From contig OY969559.1 in assembly GCA_963701075.1 (NCBI GenBank), positions 640,001 through 704,000 on the forward strand: a DNA stretch of 64,000 nucleotides, read 5' to 3'. Made by a program: the position numbers and the translations under genes. The notes below the pieces were generated by a model, which had not been told where the DNA came from, made no database searches, and saw only the letters and a list, made by a program, of their open reading frames with translations. Shown piece after piece: positions 1 to 9,745 of this stretch. This DNA is from an uncultured Nitrososphaerota archaeon. GTDB taxonomy: Archaea > Thermoproteota > Nitrososphaeria > Nitrososphaerales > Nitrosopumilaceae. Position 1 is the first letter of the stretch; every line of letters begins with the position of its first letter.

Positions 1-31
1 ACTTTCTAATGTAGTGATATGCAATAATCTG

Positions 32-1123
32 TTAATTTATTGATACTTCTTTGATTATATCGCAGACTCTCTCTTGATCTTCTATGGTCAAGTTCTTGTG
101 TAATGGAAGTGTAAGGGCATTTTTGAAAAGCAATTCAGAATTTTCCAATGAACCAACAGATCTCAAATTCTTGTAGGCCGGTTCTAAGTGTAACGCATAT
201 GTTCCTATCTGACTTTGTATGTTGTTATCGCTAAGAGCTTTTCTTATTTTATCTCGATAATTCTGTTTTTTCACATAACAAGTATATGATTGAAAGGTTT
301 GTCTAGTACCTTTTCCTGTATATGCTGGAATTATTCCGTTTATCTTTGTTAGCAATTCCTGATAGATTTTTGCTTTTGCAATTCTATCTTTAACGATGTC
401 TTCAATTTTTTTCATTTGTATTAAACCTATGGCACTGAGAATATTTGATAATTTGTAATTAGTTCCAATAGATTCAAAAACAGAACCTTTCATGCCAAAG
501 TGTTTGAAGGAATAACATTTTTCAGCAATCGCGTCATCATCTGTAGTTATCATGCCACCTTCTCCAGTTGTAATCACCTTTCTAGGATGAAAACTAAAAC
601 ATGAATAATCAGCTAACTTTCCTACAAACTCAGAACCTATCTTTGCACCAAGGCTACATGCTGCGTCCTCAAGACATTTCAATCCTATCTCTTTGGATTT
701 TTTATAAATTTCTGGTTCTAAAGGTACTCCTGCCCAAGAAACGGGGATAAAAACATTCATCGATTCATCATATGCTTCTTCTAAGATCTCTCTTGTCATG
801 TTCATGTTTTCCAAGTCGACATCTACCAGAACAGGTTTTCCACCAGCCAATATGACAGCCTCTGCAGTTGCAGGATAGGTGTAATCAGGAATGATGACCT
901 CTTGACCTCTTATATCTAAACACTCCAAAACCGTATGTAATGCAGTAGTGCATGATGTTACTGCTATGGCATGCTTAACTCCTACATACTCTGCAACAGC
1001 TTTTTCAAAATTTTGTGTGAAAATCCCCTCTGTAAGAAATCCTGTGGAGAAAACTTCTTTTATTGTATTTAGTTCGTCATTACCTACATCTGGTACCATC
1101 AATGGTATGACTTTTTTTTCCAA
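32..1123 (-). CDS. DegT/DnrJ/EryC1/StrS family PLP-dependent sugar aminotransferase
   Basis: Motifs SCTTALH, EDAACSLG and FSFHPRKVITTGEGG (PLP lysine); lies next to nucleotide-sugar genes. Confidence 0.93.
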   Translation of the reverse strand: MEKKVIPLMVPDVGNDELNTIKEVFSTGFLTEGIFTQNFEKAVAEYVGVKHAIAVTSCTTALHTVLECLDIRGQEVIIPDYTYPATAEAVILAGGKPVLVDVDLENMNMTREILEEAYDESMNVFIPVSWAGVPLEPEIYKKSKEIGLKCLEDAACSLGAKIGSEFVGKLADYSCFSFHPRKVITTGEGGMITTDDDAIAEKCYSFKHFGMKGSVFESIGTNYKLSNILSAIGLIQMKKIEDIVKDRIAKAKIYQELLTKINGIIPAYTGKGTRQTFQSYTCYVKKQNYRDKIRKALSDNNIQSQIGTYALHLEPAYKNLRSVGSLENSELLFKNALTLPLHKNLTIEDQERVCDIIKEVSIN

Positions 1124-1201
1124 TAAATGCGTAGATTCATGTGGGTTTATTAAACATATGAAAAAGTAAGATTTTTTATAGCTAGCGTAAAACTCTCAAT
1201 A

Positions 1202-2084
1202 ATGCGAGTTCTTATTCTTGGGTCTGAAGGTTTTGTGGGTCACAACTTAGTACAAGGTCTTAAAAACTTACATCACGTTTCAACTGCTGATCAGCTGGAA
1301 CAGGGACATGAAAAAAATTATTCTAAATTAAATATAATAGATTATGAAAACGTTGAAAGAATTGTAAAAGACGTCGACGTTGTGATCAATCTAGTCGCTC
1401 ATACGTTAGTTTCTTCTTTAAGTGATTTTACACAGAATGCTCAAGTCAACATTATTGGCTTGTTAAATGTATTAGAGGCATGCAGAAAAAACAACATCAA
1501 GAAAATAATATTCACTTCTGCTTCATCAATTGTTGGAGAACCACTAGAATTCAAAGTTTCAGAAAAACACTCTGTTACTCCAAAAACAGACTTACGGAAT
1601 CACAAAAATGGCATCGGAGCATTACTTGAGACTCTATAATGAGATGTATGGTATGGATTATGTTGTCTTTAGATTCTTTAACATCTATGGACCTTATCAG
1701 AAAAATGGCCTAATACCATCATTATATTCAAGGATTATGACAGAGCAGCCAGTTACTATATTTGGTCACGGAGATCAAATACGTGATTATGTGTACATTG
1801 AAGACATAATTCCATTCTTTGAAAAAGCCATATCTACTAAAATATCTAATAATTTGATCCTAAATATGGGTGGGGGTAATGGAAGTACTATCATAGAAGT
1901 TCTCAACCATATCTCGAAAATTCTAAGTATAAAACCAAAAATAGATTTTAAGCCAGCTAGACCGGGAGAGATTGGCAACTTTGTTGCTGATACCACCTTA
2001 CTAAATTCCATCTTCGGTATGGTTCCTAACACGCCTATTGAAGAAGGTTTGAAGAAAACCGTAACGTGGCTAAAAAATAATTAA
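1202..2084 (+). CDS. NAD-dependent nucleotide-sugar epimerase/dehydratase (apparent +1 frameshift at 1588-1592, probably a sequencing error)
   Basis: GSEGFVG Rossmann motif in ORF 1202-1639 and RFFNIYGP in ORF 1608-2084. Changing AGaCT to AGCT restores PKTAYGITKMASE, the YxxxK catalytic motif. Confidence 0.9.
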
Positions 2085-2159
2085 TTATCATAAATCTATC
2101 TAATAATTCATCCAAATCACTAAATTAAATTAGAAGTATATGGGCATCAAAATTGTTAC

Positions 2160-3503
2160 TTGTCTAGAAATCATAATTTAAAATCATTAATACTGAATCG
2201 CAAAGTTCTAGCAATTTATGGTTTAGGTAATGTGGGTGGACCGATAGCAGCAGCATGGCTTCGAAAAGGAGTTAAAGTAATAGGTGTAGATATTTCTCAA
2301 GAATTACTTTCACAAATAAAATCAGGGGTTTCACACAAAAAAGAGCCATTGGTTTCTGAAACTTTCACTAAATCTTTACGTGATGGTAATCTATCATTAA
2401 CCATAAACGGTACTAAAGCCTCCCAGAATTCAGATATCAAAATTGCTGCCGTTCCAGTAGGCCTAAGGCATAACGGAATAGATCTCAGGGCATTAACGTC
2501 CGTAGCTAAGAATATTGGTTCTGGATTGAAAAAAGGCGATGCTGTTGTGATATCTCCATCCTTACCTCCTGGAACATGTGAAAAATTAATCCTACCTATT
2601 TTAGAAAAACATAGTAAACTTAAAGGAGAACGAGATTTTTACTTCATTTATAATCCTGAAAGAATCTTCGAGGGAAGAGCTCTGCAGGATATAGAAGAAA
2701 ATTATCCTGCAATAATCTCTGGTCTTGGACAAAAAAGTTTATCTTTTGCTAAAGAAATGTTAGAAATAATTTCAAAAAAAGGTGTAATTAGTATGTCTTC
2801 TCTTGCTAACGCAGAAGCCGAAAAATTATTTGAAGGAGTTTATAGAGATGTTAACATAGCACTTGCAAATGAACTTGCAGATTTTTGTGAAAAAGTAGGG
2901 GTTAATTACTGGGAAGCAAGAAAAGGTGCAAACTCACAACCGTTTTGTCATTTGCATTATCCGGGAACTGGTGTTGGAGGTTTGTGCATACCGGTATATC
3001 CAAGATTTGTAATCAATGCAGCTAAGAATATAGGAACACATTTGAAAATGGTTGAATTTGCCAGAAAAACCAATGATTCTATGCCAAAAAAATGTGTTAA
3101 TGATGCACTTGCTTTATTTAGAAAACATCGAATAGATCCAAAAGGAAAAAAGATCGCTGTTTTAGGTCTAGGGTTTCGTGGCGAAGTTACAGATACCCGA
3201 CTTTCTCCCACATATGATGTTGTCAACGAATTCATTGCAAAGGGCTGTGTAGTAGCAATACATGATCCATACATATTTGAAGATACGAATTTACCTGCAT
3301 CAATAAGACTTAGTTCTGATTTAAAGGAAGTAACTAAGAACGCATCTCTTGTTTTTATATCGTCAGACCATAAATCATACTCTAAATTGAATTCAAAATC
3401 ATTTTCAAACACCAAAAAACCACTTTTAGTTTTTGATGGTAGGCATATACTGGATAGAAATAATTTTAAAAATTCATCAATCCTGACAATTGGTTTACGT
3501 TAG
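2160..3503 (+). CDS. Nucleotide-sugar (UDP-glucose/GDP-mannose/UDP-ManNAc family) dehydrogenase
   Basis: GLGNVG, NPERIFEG, YRDVNIALANE and GVGGLCIP (catalytic Cys). Confidence 0.92.
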   Translation: MSRNHNLKSLILNRKVLAIYGLGNVGGPIAAAWLRKGVKVIGVDISQELLSQIKSGVSHKKEPLVSETFTKSLRDGNLSLTINGTKASQNSDIKIAAVPVGLRHNGIDLRALTSVAKNIGSGLKKGDAVVISPSLPPGTCEKLILPILEKHSKLKGERDFYFIYNPERIFEGRALQDIEENYPAIISGLGQKSLSFAKEMLEIISKKGVISMSSLANAEAEKLFEGVYRDVNIALANELADFCEKVGVNYWEARKGANSQPFCHLHYPGTGVGGLCIPVYPRFVINAAKNIGTHLKMVEFARKTNDSMPKKCVNDALALFRKHRIDPKGKKIAVLGLGFRGEVTDTRLSPTYDVVNEFIAKGCVVAIHDPYIFEDTNLPASIRLSSDLKEVTKNASLVFISSDHKSYSKLNSKSFSNTKKPLLVFDGRHILDRNNFKNSSILTIGLR

Positions 3504-3676
3504 TTCGCTTACAGATCTCTTCATCCATTTTCACTACAATGATAATAGTATAGTATGCTACGAATAGATCTATTTGCAGTTTACGTTAGGCCAAATTTAG
3601 AAAGGTTAGAGAGAGCATGTTTGAACGTAACATATCATTTGAATCATATATAATATAGTATTATGAAATTCGACGT

Positions 3677-4732
3677 ATGGACACTAGAATTCATTCCAGT
3701 CTTAGAACCGTAGAATGGAAAGATAACATGGTTGTAATGATTGATCAAACTAGGCTACCAAATGAATTGGTCTACGTAAAATATACAGATTACAAAGATG
3801 TTGCTGATGCCATAAGAAATCTCATAGTGCGAGGCGCTCCGGCCATTGGAGTTTCAGGTGCTTTTGGGCTGGCTTTGGCTGCATTGCAAAGTAAGGCAAC
3901 AGACAAAGACGGTCTTATCAAAGATCTAGAACAAGCAAAAAAAATTCTTTTCGAAACAAGACCCACTGCAATTAACTTGTCATGGGGACTAGAAAGAATA
4001 ATGGGTGTTGCAAGATCAGGAAGTAATGCCGACGAAATCAGAAATAATATTATCGAAGAAGCGAAAAAAATGGCAGAAGAAGATATTGAAACAAATATGC
4101 GTATGGGAAAACACGGTTCACTGTTATTTCATGACAATGATACTATAATGACTCACTGTAATGCTGGTGCTCTAGCTACAGTTGCATATGGAACAGCACT
4201 TGGAGTGATAAGAGCCACAAAAGAAAGTGGAAAGAAGATCAAAGTGATTGCAACAGAAACTAGACCTGTAATGCAAGGCTCAAGACTTACCGCATTTGAG
4301 CTAAAGCATGATGGAATAGATGTCAGCTTGATTCCTGATACCGCAGTAGGTTATTCAATGGCAAATGGTCTTGTCTCAAAAGTAATTGTAGGAGCTGATC
4401 GAGTACTACGTACTGGGCATGTATACAATAAGATTGGGACATATCAAGTAGCCTTGATGGCAAAGCAACACCACATACCGTTCTATGTTGCAGCACCTCT
4501 TTCCACATTTGATATGAAAAGTGCTCCAAGTGATGTGGTCATAGAACAACGAAAAGCAAGCGAGGTCACTGGAATAGCAGGCAAAAAGACCGCACCTGAC
4601 GACATTAATGTAATAAATCCCGCCTTTGACATGACGCCGCCAGAACTCATAACCGGAATAATAACCGAAGCCGGTGTAGCAAAACCTCCTTTTGAAGAGT
4701 CAATCAAAAAATTGTTTGAATCAAAGCTGTAA
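3677..4732 (+). CDS. mtnA: S-methyl-5-thioribose-1-phosphate isomerase (eIF-2B alpha-like family)
   Basis: DQTRLP, VRGAPAIG, RPTAINL, THCNAGALAT, ETRP-QGSRLT and NKIGTY. Confidence 0.9.
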   Translation: MDTRIHSSLRTVEWKDNMVVMIDQTRLPNELVYVKYTDYKDVADAIRNLIVRGAPAIGVSGAFGLALAALQSKATDKDGLIKDLEQAKKILFETRPTAINLSWGLERIMGVARSGSNADEIRNNIIEEAKKMAEEDIETNMRMGKHGSLLFHDNDTIMTHCNAGALATVAYGTALGVIRATKESGKKIKVIATETRPVMQGSRLTAFELKHDGIDVSLIPDTAVGYSMANGLVSKVIVGADRVLRTGHVYNKIGTYQVALMAKQHHIPFYVAAPLSTFDMKSAPSDVVIEQRKASEVTGIAGKKTAPDDINVINPAFDMTPPELITGIITEAGVAKPPFEESIKKLFESKL

Positions 4733-4765
4733 GGTATTTATTTCAAGGCTTATTCATGTCATTTC

Positions 4766-5395
4766 ATGATATCTGTTACTGCCCAACAAGTCCTAGAATC
4801 ATTAAAACAATGTATGGATCCAGAAATTCCAATCAATGTCGTGGACATGGGACTCATTTATGGAGTAAATGTATCTGATGACAACAAAGTAGATGTCAAA
4901 ATGACAATGACTACACGTGGTTGCCCCTTGCATGATACGCTTGTAAATGATGTAAAAAGATACGTAAACAAAGTTTCAGGAGTATCTTCTGTTAATGTAG
5001 AAATAGTCTGGGATCCACCTTGGACGCCAGAGAAAATGTCAGAGGAGGGCAAGAAACTGATCAATTATGGCAAACAGAAGACAATAACTCCAATAAACTA
5101 TGAAACAGCCATGCCACAAGGAATAGGGTCAATTGTAAAGCAAGAAGATGGCTCATTACTCTTAATGGACGAGAACCAACAAGGATTCATGGTTAATCAG
5201 GCAATAGTTGAATTCTGGCAAATGTGTAACGGTAAAAGGAAAATAACAGAGTTGGTAGACATGTTTTCTGAAAAAATTGGTTTACAAAGAAATCAAGTAG
5301 AAAAAGAGGTACTCCAACTAGTGCAACAACTACGAGACGGTGGCTTGTTAATAATACCAGAACCTGAAGTCTCAAACGTTCAATTCAGAAAGTAG
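4766..5395 (+). CDS. DUF59 (SufT/MIP18-like Fe-S maturation) domain fused to a C-terminal PqqD/RRE-like domain
   Basis: N-terminal DPEIPINVVDMGLIY...TTRGCP...WDPPWTPE; C-terminal VNQAIVEFWQMCNGKRKITELVDM...VLQLVQQLRDGGLL matches the PqqD pattern. Confidence 0.8.
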   Translation: MISVTAQQVLESLKQCMDPEIPINVVDMGLIYGVNVSDDNKVDVKMTMTTRGCPLHDTLVNDVKRYVNKVSGVSSVNVEIVWDPPWTPEKMSEEGKKLINYGKQKTITPINYETAMPQGIGSIVKQEDGSLLLMDENQQGFMVNQAIVEFWQMCNGKRKITELVDMFSEKIGLQRNQVEKEVLQLVQQLRDGGLLIIPEPEVSNVQFRK

Positions 5396-5398
5396 ATA

Positions 5399-5638
5399 TT
5401 AAATTTCTTTAATCTCTGTTATTGTACCTTGGACAGAATCCATCTTTACAATAGCTCTTTTTTCGCCAAATCCTAACGCAACATACCAATCTCCACCATC
5501 ATCGTCATATTTGGTTTCAAGAGTTTTTACAGAATCTGCATTTACACCATATTTTTGAATTATTCCAGATATTGCTAACGGTATTGCCTCTTTCTCAGTA
5601 GGTAGTCTTCTTTTCATCAAGCCAATTCCGGGACTCAT
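5399..5638 (-). CDS. Small hypothetical protein (PepSY-like alpha/beta pattern); start uncertain (5638 or 5617)
   Basis: Protein-like ORF ending WYVALG...VKMDSVQGTITEIKEI; convergent with the DUF59 gene. Confidence 0.6.
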   Translation of the reverse strand: MSPGIGLMKRRLPTEKEAIPLAISGIIQKYGVNADSVKTLETKYDDDGGDWYVALGFGEKRAIVKMDSVQGTITEIKEI

Positions 5639-6391
5639 GAGTTGACTAGATTGTAGAAGTATAATAATTGTTAGTCTCATAGAAATCCTATTTTCAATAA
5701 CAGGCCAAGAATTTTGCAAGATCTATGAAGAGTTTAGCTTGTCTGTCTAATACAAGCCCCAAAGTCATTGAAAACACATAATCTGGTATTTATGAGAATA
5801 AAAGATGTTACTCCAACCAAAAACCAAAAGCTAAAGGTTAGCAAACAAAATTCTATATACCACAATTAAAGGTATTTTTCAACATGTACCCATCAAACAG
5901 GTTCCGTGTGTTATCTCTATCAAGAGTGAGAAAGATCACACAAATGTCCGCTTTTCTAGCTACATGCGGTACAATAATAGTACTACTAGGTGGAATCTGG
6001 GATTCAGCATCACATGAACTCAAAATTCCAGAGACATTCTGGACGGTTCAACACGCAACCATCTATTCTGGTGCATCCTTGATAGCTTGTTCTGCTATTG
6101 CAGCAATGCTAGTTTTGAATCATTGTGAAGATAAATTCATGAAAAAAGGGATAATAATGATCTTATTGGGTGCTATGTTACAAGTAATAGGTGGTTATGC
6201 TGATTACAATTTTCATGAAATTTATGGAATAGATGGCCTTGTCACCCCATCGCATCTTACCGTGGAAACTGGCTTGTTGCTTAGTGCAATTGGAGGTTTC
6301 ATTACACTATCCAAGTCTAGGAATCATATTCTTCTAAAAATATCTTCAATATCAATAATGGCAATACTCTTGTCAGCAGCATGGATAGGAT

Positions 6392-6409
6392 TAGGAGTTA
6401 CGCAGTTGA
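6392..6409. repeat. IS terminal inverted repeat (left)
   Basis: Exact reverse complement of 7459-7476. Confidence 0.9.
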
Positions 6410-7393
6410 GCCCAAATGACAGAACGGACGGGATAGATAGTTCCGTATCGCATACCGGATTATGGCACTCTTTGCCTCATACCAGCTCGTCCCTGTCTCT
6501 ATCCGGTATGCCTCAAGACGCAGAAAAGCCCTGACAGACAAGAGTATGTGACTGATTATCGATCTTGCCTTTCTGACATGCGACCTTTCAATACCACAGC
6601 ACTGCTTGATTCCACGGTGATACACCTCTACTGACCATCCATGTTTTTCAAGCTCCTCCCTTCTTACCGCATTCATTGACAGATTGTTTGTTGCCCAGTA
6701 CTCAGCGTCTCCGTTTTTGGAAACTGTCCTGAATACCTTTATGGTTCCGTACTCTTTGAGGTAGACTGTTCTTCCATGCTTTGGTATTTCCATGCTACTC
6801 ACTGACACGTTCTTACCATCTTTCAGACTGACAGTCCTGTTGCTTTTCAGCCTTGTCAGAAAATACCATCCAAGCTTTGCGACAAGATGGAGGTTTCCAA
6901 TGCTGCAGTACCAACTGTCAAAGAGCACATACAGCGGATTCATGCCTCTCTGCCTGGCCTTTACCAGCATCTCCTGGAAGCGGTCGTTCTTTGTAAGACC
7001 TGTGACAGGTGCGTCGTAGATCCTGCAATCACACGGTACGCGCTTTTTTCCATCTGTCCACAGAAGCGTGATGAGGTTTATTCCCTTGACCACACATCTG
7101 TGCTTGCCACTCCAGTGCCATGTTACAAGGTCCATCTTTGAGGCATACGGCTTGTCAAGAGTGGTATCGTCGACTACAATAACACCCCCGCTTCCTATCA
7201 TTGCCTTTGCTTCCTTCCAAACCGTCTCAGTGTCTTGAGTCTGTCGTTGTAGAAGGCGCGTAAAGGAGTCATGGGATGGGATTTTGTACAGCTCCACGGG
7301 CTGGCATCTTGCAGCCTCTGTACATGTAAAGGTCTTCTGGGATGCTATGAGGAACTGTATGTAGTCTAGTACATCACATCTTGATTGGTTCAT
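6398..7393 (-). CDS. IS701-family DDE transposase
   Basis: SHDSFTRLL, VVDDTTLDKPY, LFDSWY and WSVEVYHRGIKQCCGIE; the stop codon lies inside the TIR (STA*). Confidence 0.92.
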   Translation of the reverse strand: MNQSRCDVLDYIQFLIASQKTFTCTEAARCQPVELYKIPSHDSFTRLLQRQTQDTETVWKEAKAMIGSGGVIVVDDTTLDKPYASKMDLVTWHWSGKHRCVVKGINLITLLWTDGKKRVPCDCRIYDAPVTGLTKNDRFQEMLVKARQRGMNPLYVLFDSWYCSIGNLHLVAKLGWYFLTRLKSNRTVSLKDGKNVSVSSMEIPKHGRTVYLKEYGTIKVFRTVSKNGDAEYWATNNLSMNAVRREELEKHGWSVEVYHRGIKQCCGIERSHVRKARSIISHILLSVRAFLRLEAYRIETGTSWYEAKSAIIRYAIRNYLSRPFCHLGSTA

Positions 7394-7458
7394 TGCAAAG
7401 AGGGGATCGTCTTGGATCTAAGATTTATGGAATGAATCCTTAGGCTATCTTGTGAAGG

Positions 7459-7476
7459 TCAACTGCGTAACTCCTA
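7459..7476. repeat. IS terminal inverted repeat (right)
   Basis: TCAACTGCGTAACTCCTA followed by the TSD AGGAT. Confidence 0.9.
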
Positions 7477-7539
7477 AGGATTTAACCTAATTCTGTTATT
7501 TAGCGCTGTTATACTATGCGTCCCAGTGTTTCAATTATT

Positions 7540-8022
7540 TTATTCAGGCTGTGCAGTTATGTAGCTTCTTAATCTTCTGTATCCTACAAACATCAACAAA
7601 CAGGCTCCAACGAAAATCATCAAAGATGGGATAGGAAATTCTTGGTATTTAGTATCGCCAAATTCAACTGTTAATTGTACCGGATTCGAAGAAAGATTCG
7701 TCAATTCAAGAGTAAATTCACCCGTATGCTCAAAGACAAAGTAATTGACCGTTTCTTTGTTGGTTATGGTTTTCAGATCGAGATAATTACCATTTGAATC
7801 CAGTATCTTTACAAGAATAGAATTATTGTATTGATTGGAAGATATCTCATAGAAACCTATTCCATCTCCATAAAGTAAAAGTGGCATACTAACTGAATCC
7901 GCCTTGTCTATGTTGAAATTTTTCGAGTCCTTTACAGTAGATGAGAAAACTATACCTATCCAAACTGAACCAATTGCTACAGCAATCAAAGCCATCCTGA
8001 ATATGGTTAATCCTTTATACAC
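7540..8022 (-). CDS. Hypothetical membrane protein (two terminal TM helices flanking a beta-rich domain)
   Basis: Hydrophobic N- and C-terminal segments; resembles the 51457-51990 protein. Confidence 0.75.
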   Translation of the reverse strand: MYKGLTIFRMALIAVAIGSVWIGIVFSSTVKDSKNFNIDKADSVSMPLLLYGDGIGFYEISSNQYNNSILVKILDSNGNYLDLKTITNKETVNYFVFEHTGEFTLELTNLSSNPVQLTVEFGDTKYQEFPIPSLMIFVGACLLMFVGYRRLRSYITAQPE

Positions 8023-8059
8023 AATTACTGCCAGTATGCAACATTATCTATCTATTTCC

Positions 8060-8134
8060 AGGGCCCGGAGGGATTCGAACCCTCGACCTGGTGGTCCGAA
8101 GCCACCCGCACTATCCTGGCTATGCAACGGGTCC
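8060..8134 (-). tRNA. tRNA-Arg(TCG)
   Basis: GGACCCG...GGTGG-CTTCGGA-CCACC...GAGGGTTCGAATCCCTC-CGGGCCC cloverleaf; one A:C mismatch in the acceptor stem. Confidence 0.93.
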
Positions 8135-8177
8135 AATCAATTAAGAATTTAACGGGGCTAAATATCTGTCTAGGTAA

Positions 8178-9350
8178 TTGAAAATATCACAAAGAGTAGC
8201 AGGTATTGAGTATGCCATTAGAGATATTGCACTTGAAGCACGAAAGCTGCAAAAACAGGGTAAACAGATTACATATCTTAACATTGGAGATCCACTGCAG
8301 CATGGTTTTCAGCCACCAGAAAACGTCAAGGAAGCGCTGATAAAGGCAGTAAAAGATGGGCAAAATTATTATGCTGTTTCAGAAGGATTACCAGAATTAC
8401 GTGAAGAGATAGCAAAAAAAGAGAGAAAAAAAGGTCTTGGAGTTTCTGAAGATGACATTCTTGTAACAAATGGTGTTTCAGAAGGTCTTGAAATGATTAC
8501 TGCATCAATAGTAGAATCAGGGGACGAAGTCCTCATACCAGGACCATATTATCCTCCATATGCTTCCTATGTGAGATTATTTGGGGGAAAACCAATTGAA
8601 TTTGCTGTTGATTTACACAACTCCACGCCAGACTTGGATGATATCCGAAAAAAAATTTCCTCAAAGACAGTTGCCATATGTCTGATAAGCCCAAACAATC
8701 CTACAGGCGCAGTATTCAGCGAAAAATCACTAAAAGATTTGATTGATATTGCTAACGAACACAATCTCTACATCATATGTGATGAGATATACGATCAGAT
8801 AGTATTTGATGAAAATTTTGTTGGAATAGGAAAAGTTAGTGGCGATTCTCCGGTAATACTACTGAATGGATTTTCTAAAGTTCATCTCATGTCAGGCTGG
8901 AGGGCTGGTTACATTGCTTTTAATCAATCAAAAAAATTAGAATCTCTGCGAGAGAACGTACCTAAACTTGCTCGAGTCAGAATTGCTACAAACTTGCCTG
9001 TTCAATACGCTGCTTTAGAATCTCTCAAAGGGCCACAAAACTATATCCAAAAATTTGTCTTAGAACTGAAAAAAAGAAGAGATTATACAATTAAGAGATT
9101 GAACGGAATGAATAATCTTAGCTGTTCAAATCCAAAAGGTGCCTTCTATGTATTCCCAAAGATTGAGAATAACAAGTATGGCTCAGATAAGGAATTTGTT
9201 CTAGATCTTCTTAAATCAAAAGGAGTTCTTACAGTACATGGTTCAGGCTTTGGGACTCAATATGGCAGTGGACATTTTAGGATGGTATTTCTTCCAGAGA
9301 TTCCTGTTCTAGAGCAAGCGCTTGACAAAATAGAAGAATTTGTTGGTTAA
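8178..9350 (+). CDS. Class I/II PLP-dependent aminotransferase (alanine/aspartate aminotransferase-like)
   Basis: LNIGDP, PNNPTG, DEIY and NGFSKVHLMSGWRAG. Confidence 0.92.
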   Translation: MKISQRVAGIEYAIRDIALEARKLQKQGKQITYLNIGDPLQHGFQPPENVKEALIKAVKDGQNYYAVSEGLPELREEIAKKERKKGLGVSEDDILVTNGVSEGLEMITASIVESGDEVLIPGPYYPPYASYVRLFGGKPIEFAVDLHNSTPDLDDIRKKISSKTVAICLISPNNPTGAVFSEKSLKDLIDIANEHNLYIICDEIYDQIVFDENFVGIGKVSGDSPVILLNGFSKVHLMSGWRAGYIAFNQSKKLESLRENVPKLARVRIATNLPVQYAALESLKGPQNYIQKFVLELKKRRDYTIKRLNGMNNLSCSNPKGAFYVFPKIENNKYGSDKEFVLDLLKSKGVLTVHGSGFGTQYGSGHFRMVFLPEIPVLEQALDKIEEFVG

Positions 9351-9745
9351 AATTTCCAAGTCACAATCTTTTTTGGCATTATTTCTATAATGCAATCAGT
9401 ATCTTTCAAGAGCTTCTGGGCAGATTTGTTTTTCAAGCTTTTGAAATATCTCAAGAGAATTTTTTTGGCAATTGTCTTTACATAACTATCTTCTAAAATC
9501 AACCTTGCTTTTCCTATTCCCATTGCCCCAAAAATCTCAGGAGAATTGATTCCCATATCTATACAGAATGAAACTTTTGGATTTTGTTTTACATTTTTTG
9601 CCTTTATTGTTCTGGTATTAGTGCCAATGTAGAACTTATCGTTTTCATAATTATACCAAACAGGAACTATGTGTGGATTACCTCTTGCATCTATTGTAGC
9701 AATTCTCAAAATTTTCTGCGTTCTTATGAAATTCTTAGCCTTCAT
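9347..9745 (-). CDS. Pyridoxamine 5'-phosphate oxidase-like (split barrel, probably F420/FMN-binding) protein
   Basis: RIATIDARGNPHIVPVWY...KAKNVKQNPKVS pattern; downstream of npdG. Confidence 0.82.
   Translation of the reverse strand: MKAKNFIRTQKILRIATIDARGNPHIVPVWYNYENDKFYIGTNTRTIKAKNVKQNPKVSFCIDMGINSPEIFGAMGIGKARLILEDSYVKTIAKKILLRYFKSLKNKSAQKLLKDTDCIIEIMPKKIVTWKF

Larger units (their letters stand above)
6392..7476 (-). mobile_element. IS701-family insertion sequence (about 1085 bp)
   Basis: Perfect terminal inverted repeats TAGGAGTTACGCAGTTGA (6392-6409 and 7459-7476), AGGAT duplication (6387-6391 and 7477-7481), single DDE transposase, visibly more GC-rich than the flanks. Confidence 0.92.
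5884..7564 (+). pseudogene. Multi-pass membrane protein with two D-x3-H-x12-H motifs, interrupted by an IS701-family element
   Basis: Removing 6392-7481 (IS plus one TSD copy) gives an in-frame continuation ...AAWIGFNLILLFSAVILCVPVFQLFYSGCAVM* with TAG at 7562-7564. Confidence 0.88.

Noticed and set aside
5884-6534. The 216-aa ORF as a complete gene
   Set aside because: Its last ~47 residues are read-through into the IS; the true C-terminus lies at 7482-7564.
5884-7564. Calling this gene amoC
   Set aside because: Only the metal-motif spacing matches. The rest does not resemble archaeal AmoC, and no amoA/B/X is nearby.
8060-8134. A:C mismatch in the tRNA-Arg(TCG) acceptor stem as editing or a pseudo-tRNA; ATCGAAG T-loop in tRNA-Arg(TCT)
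   Set aside because: Single deviations in otherwise canonical cloverleaves, within natural variation or sequencing error.
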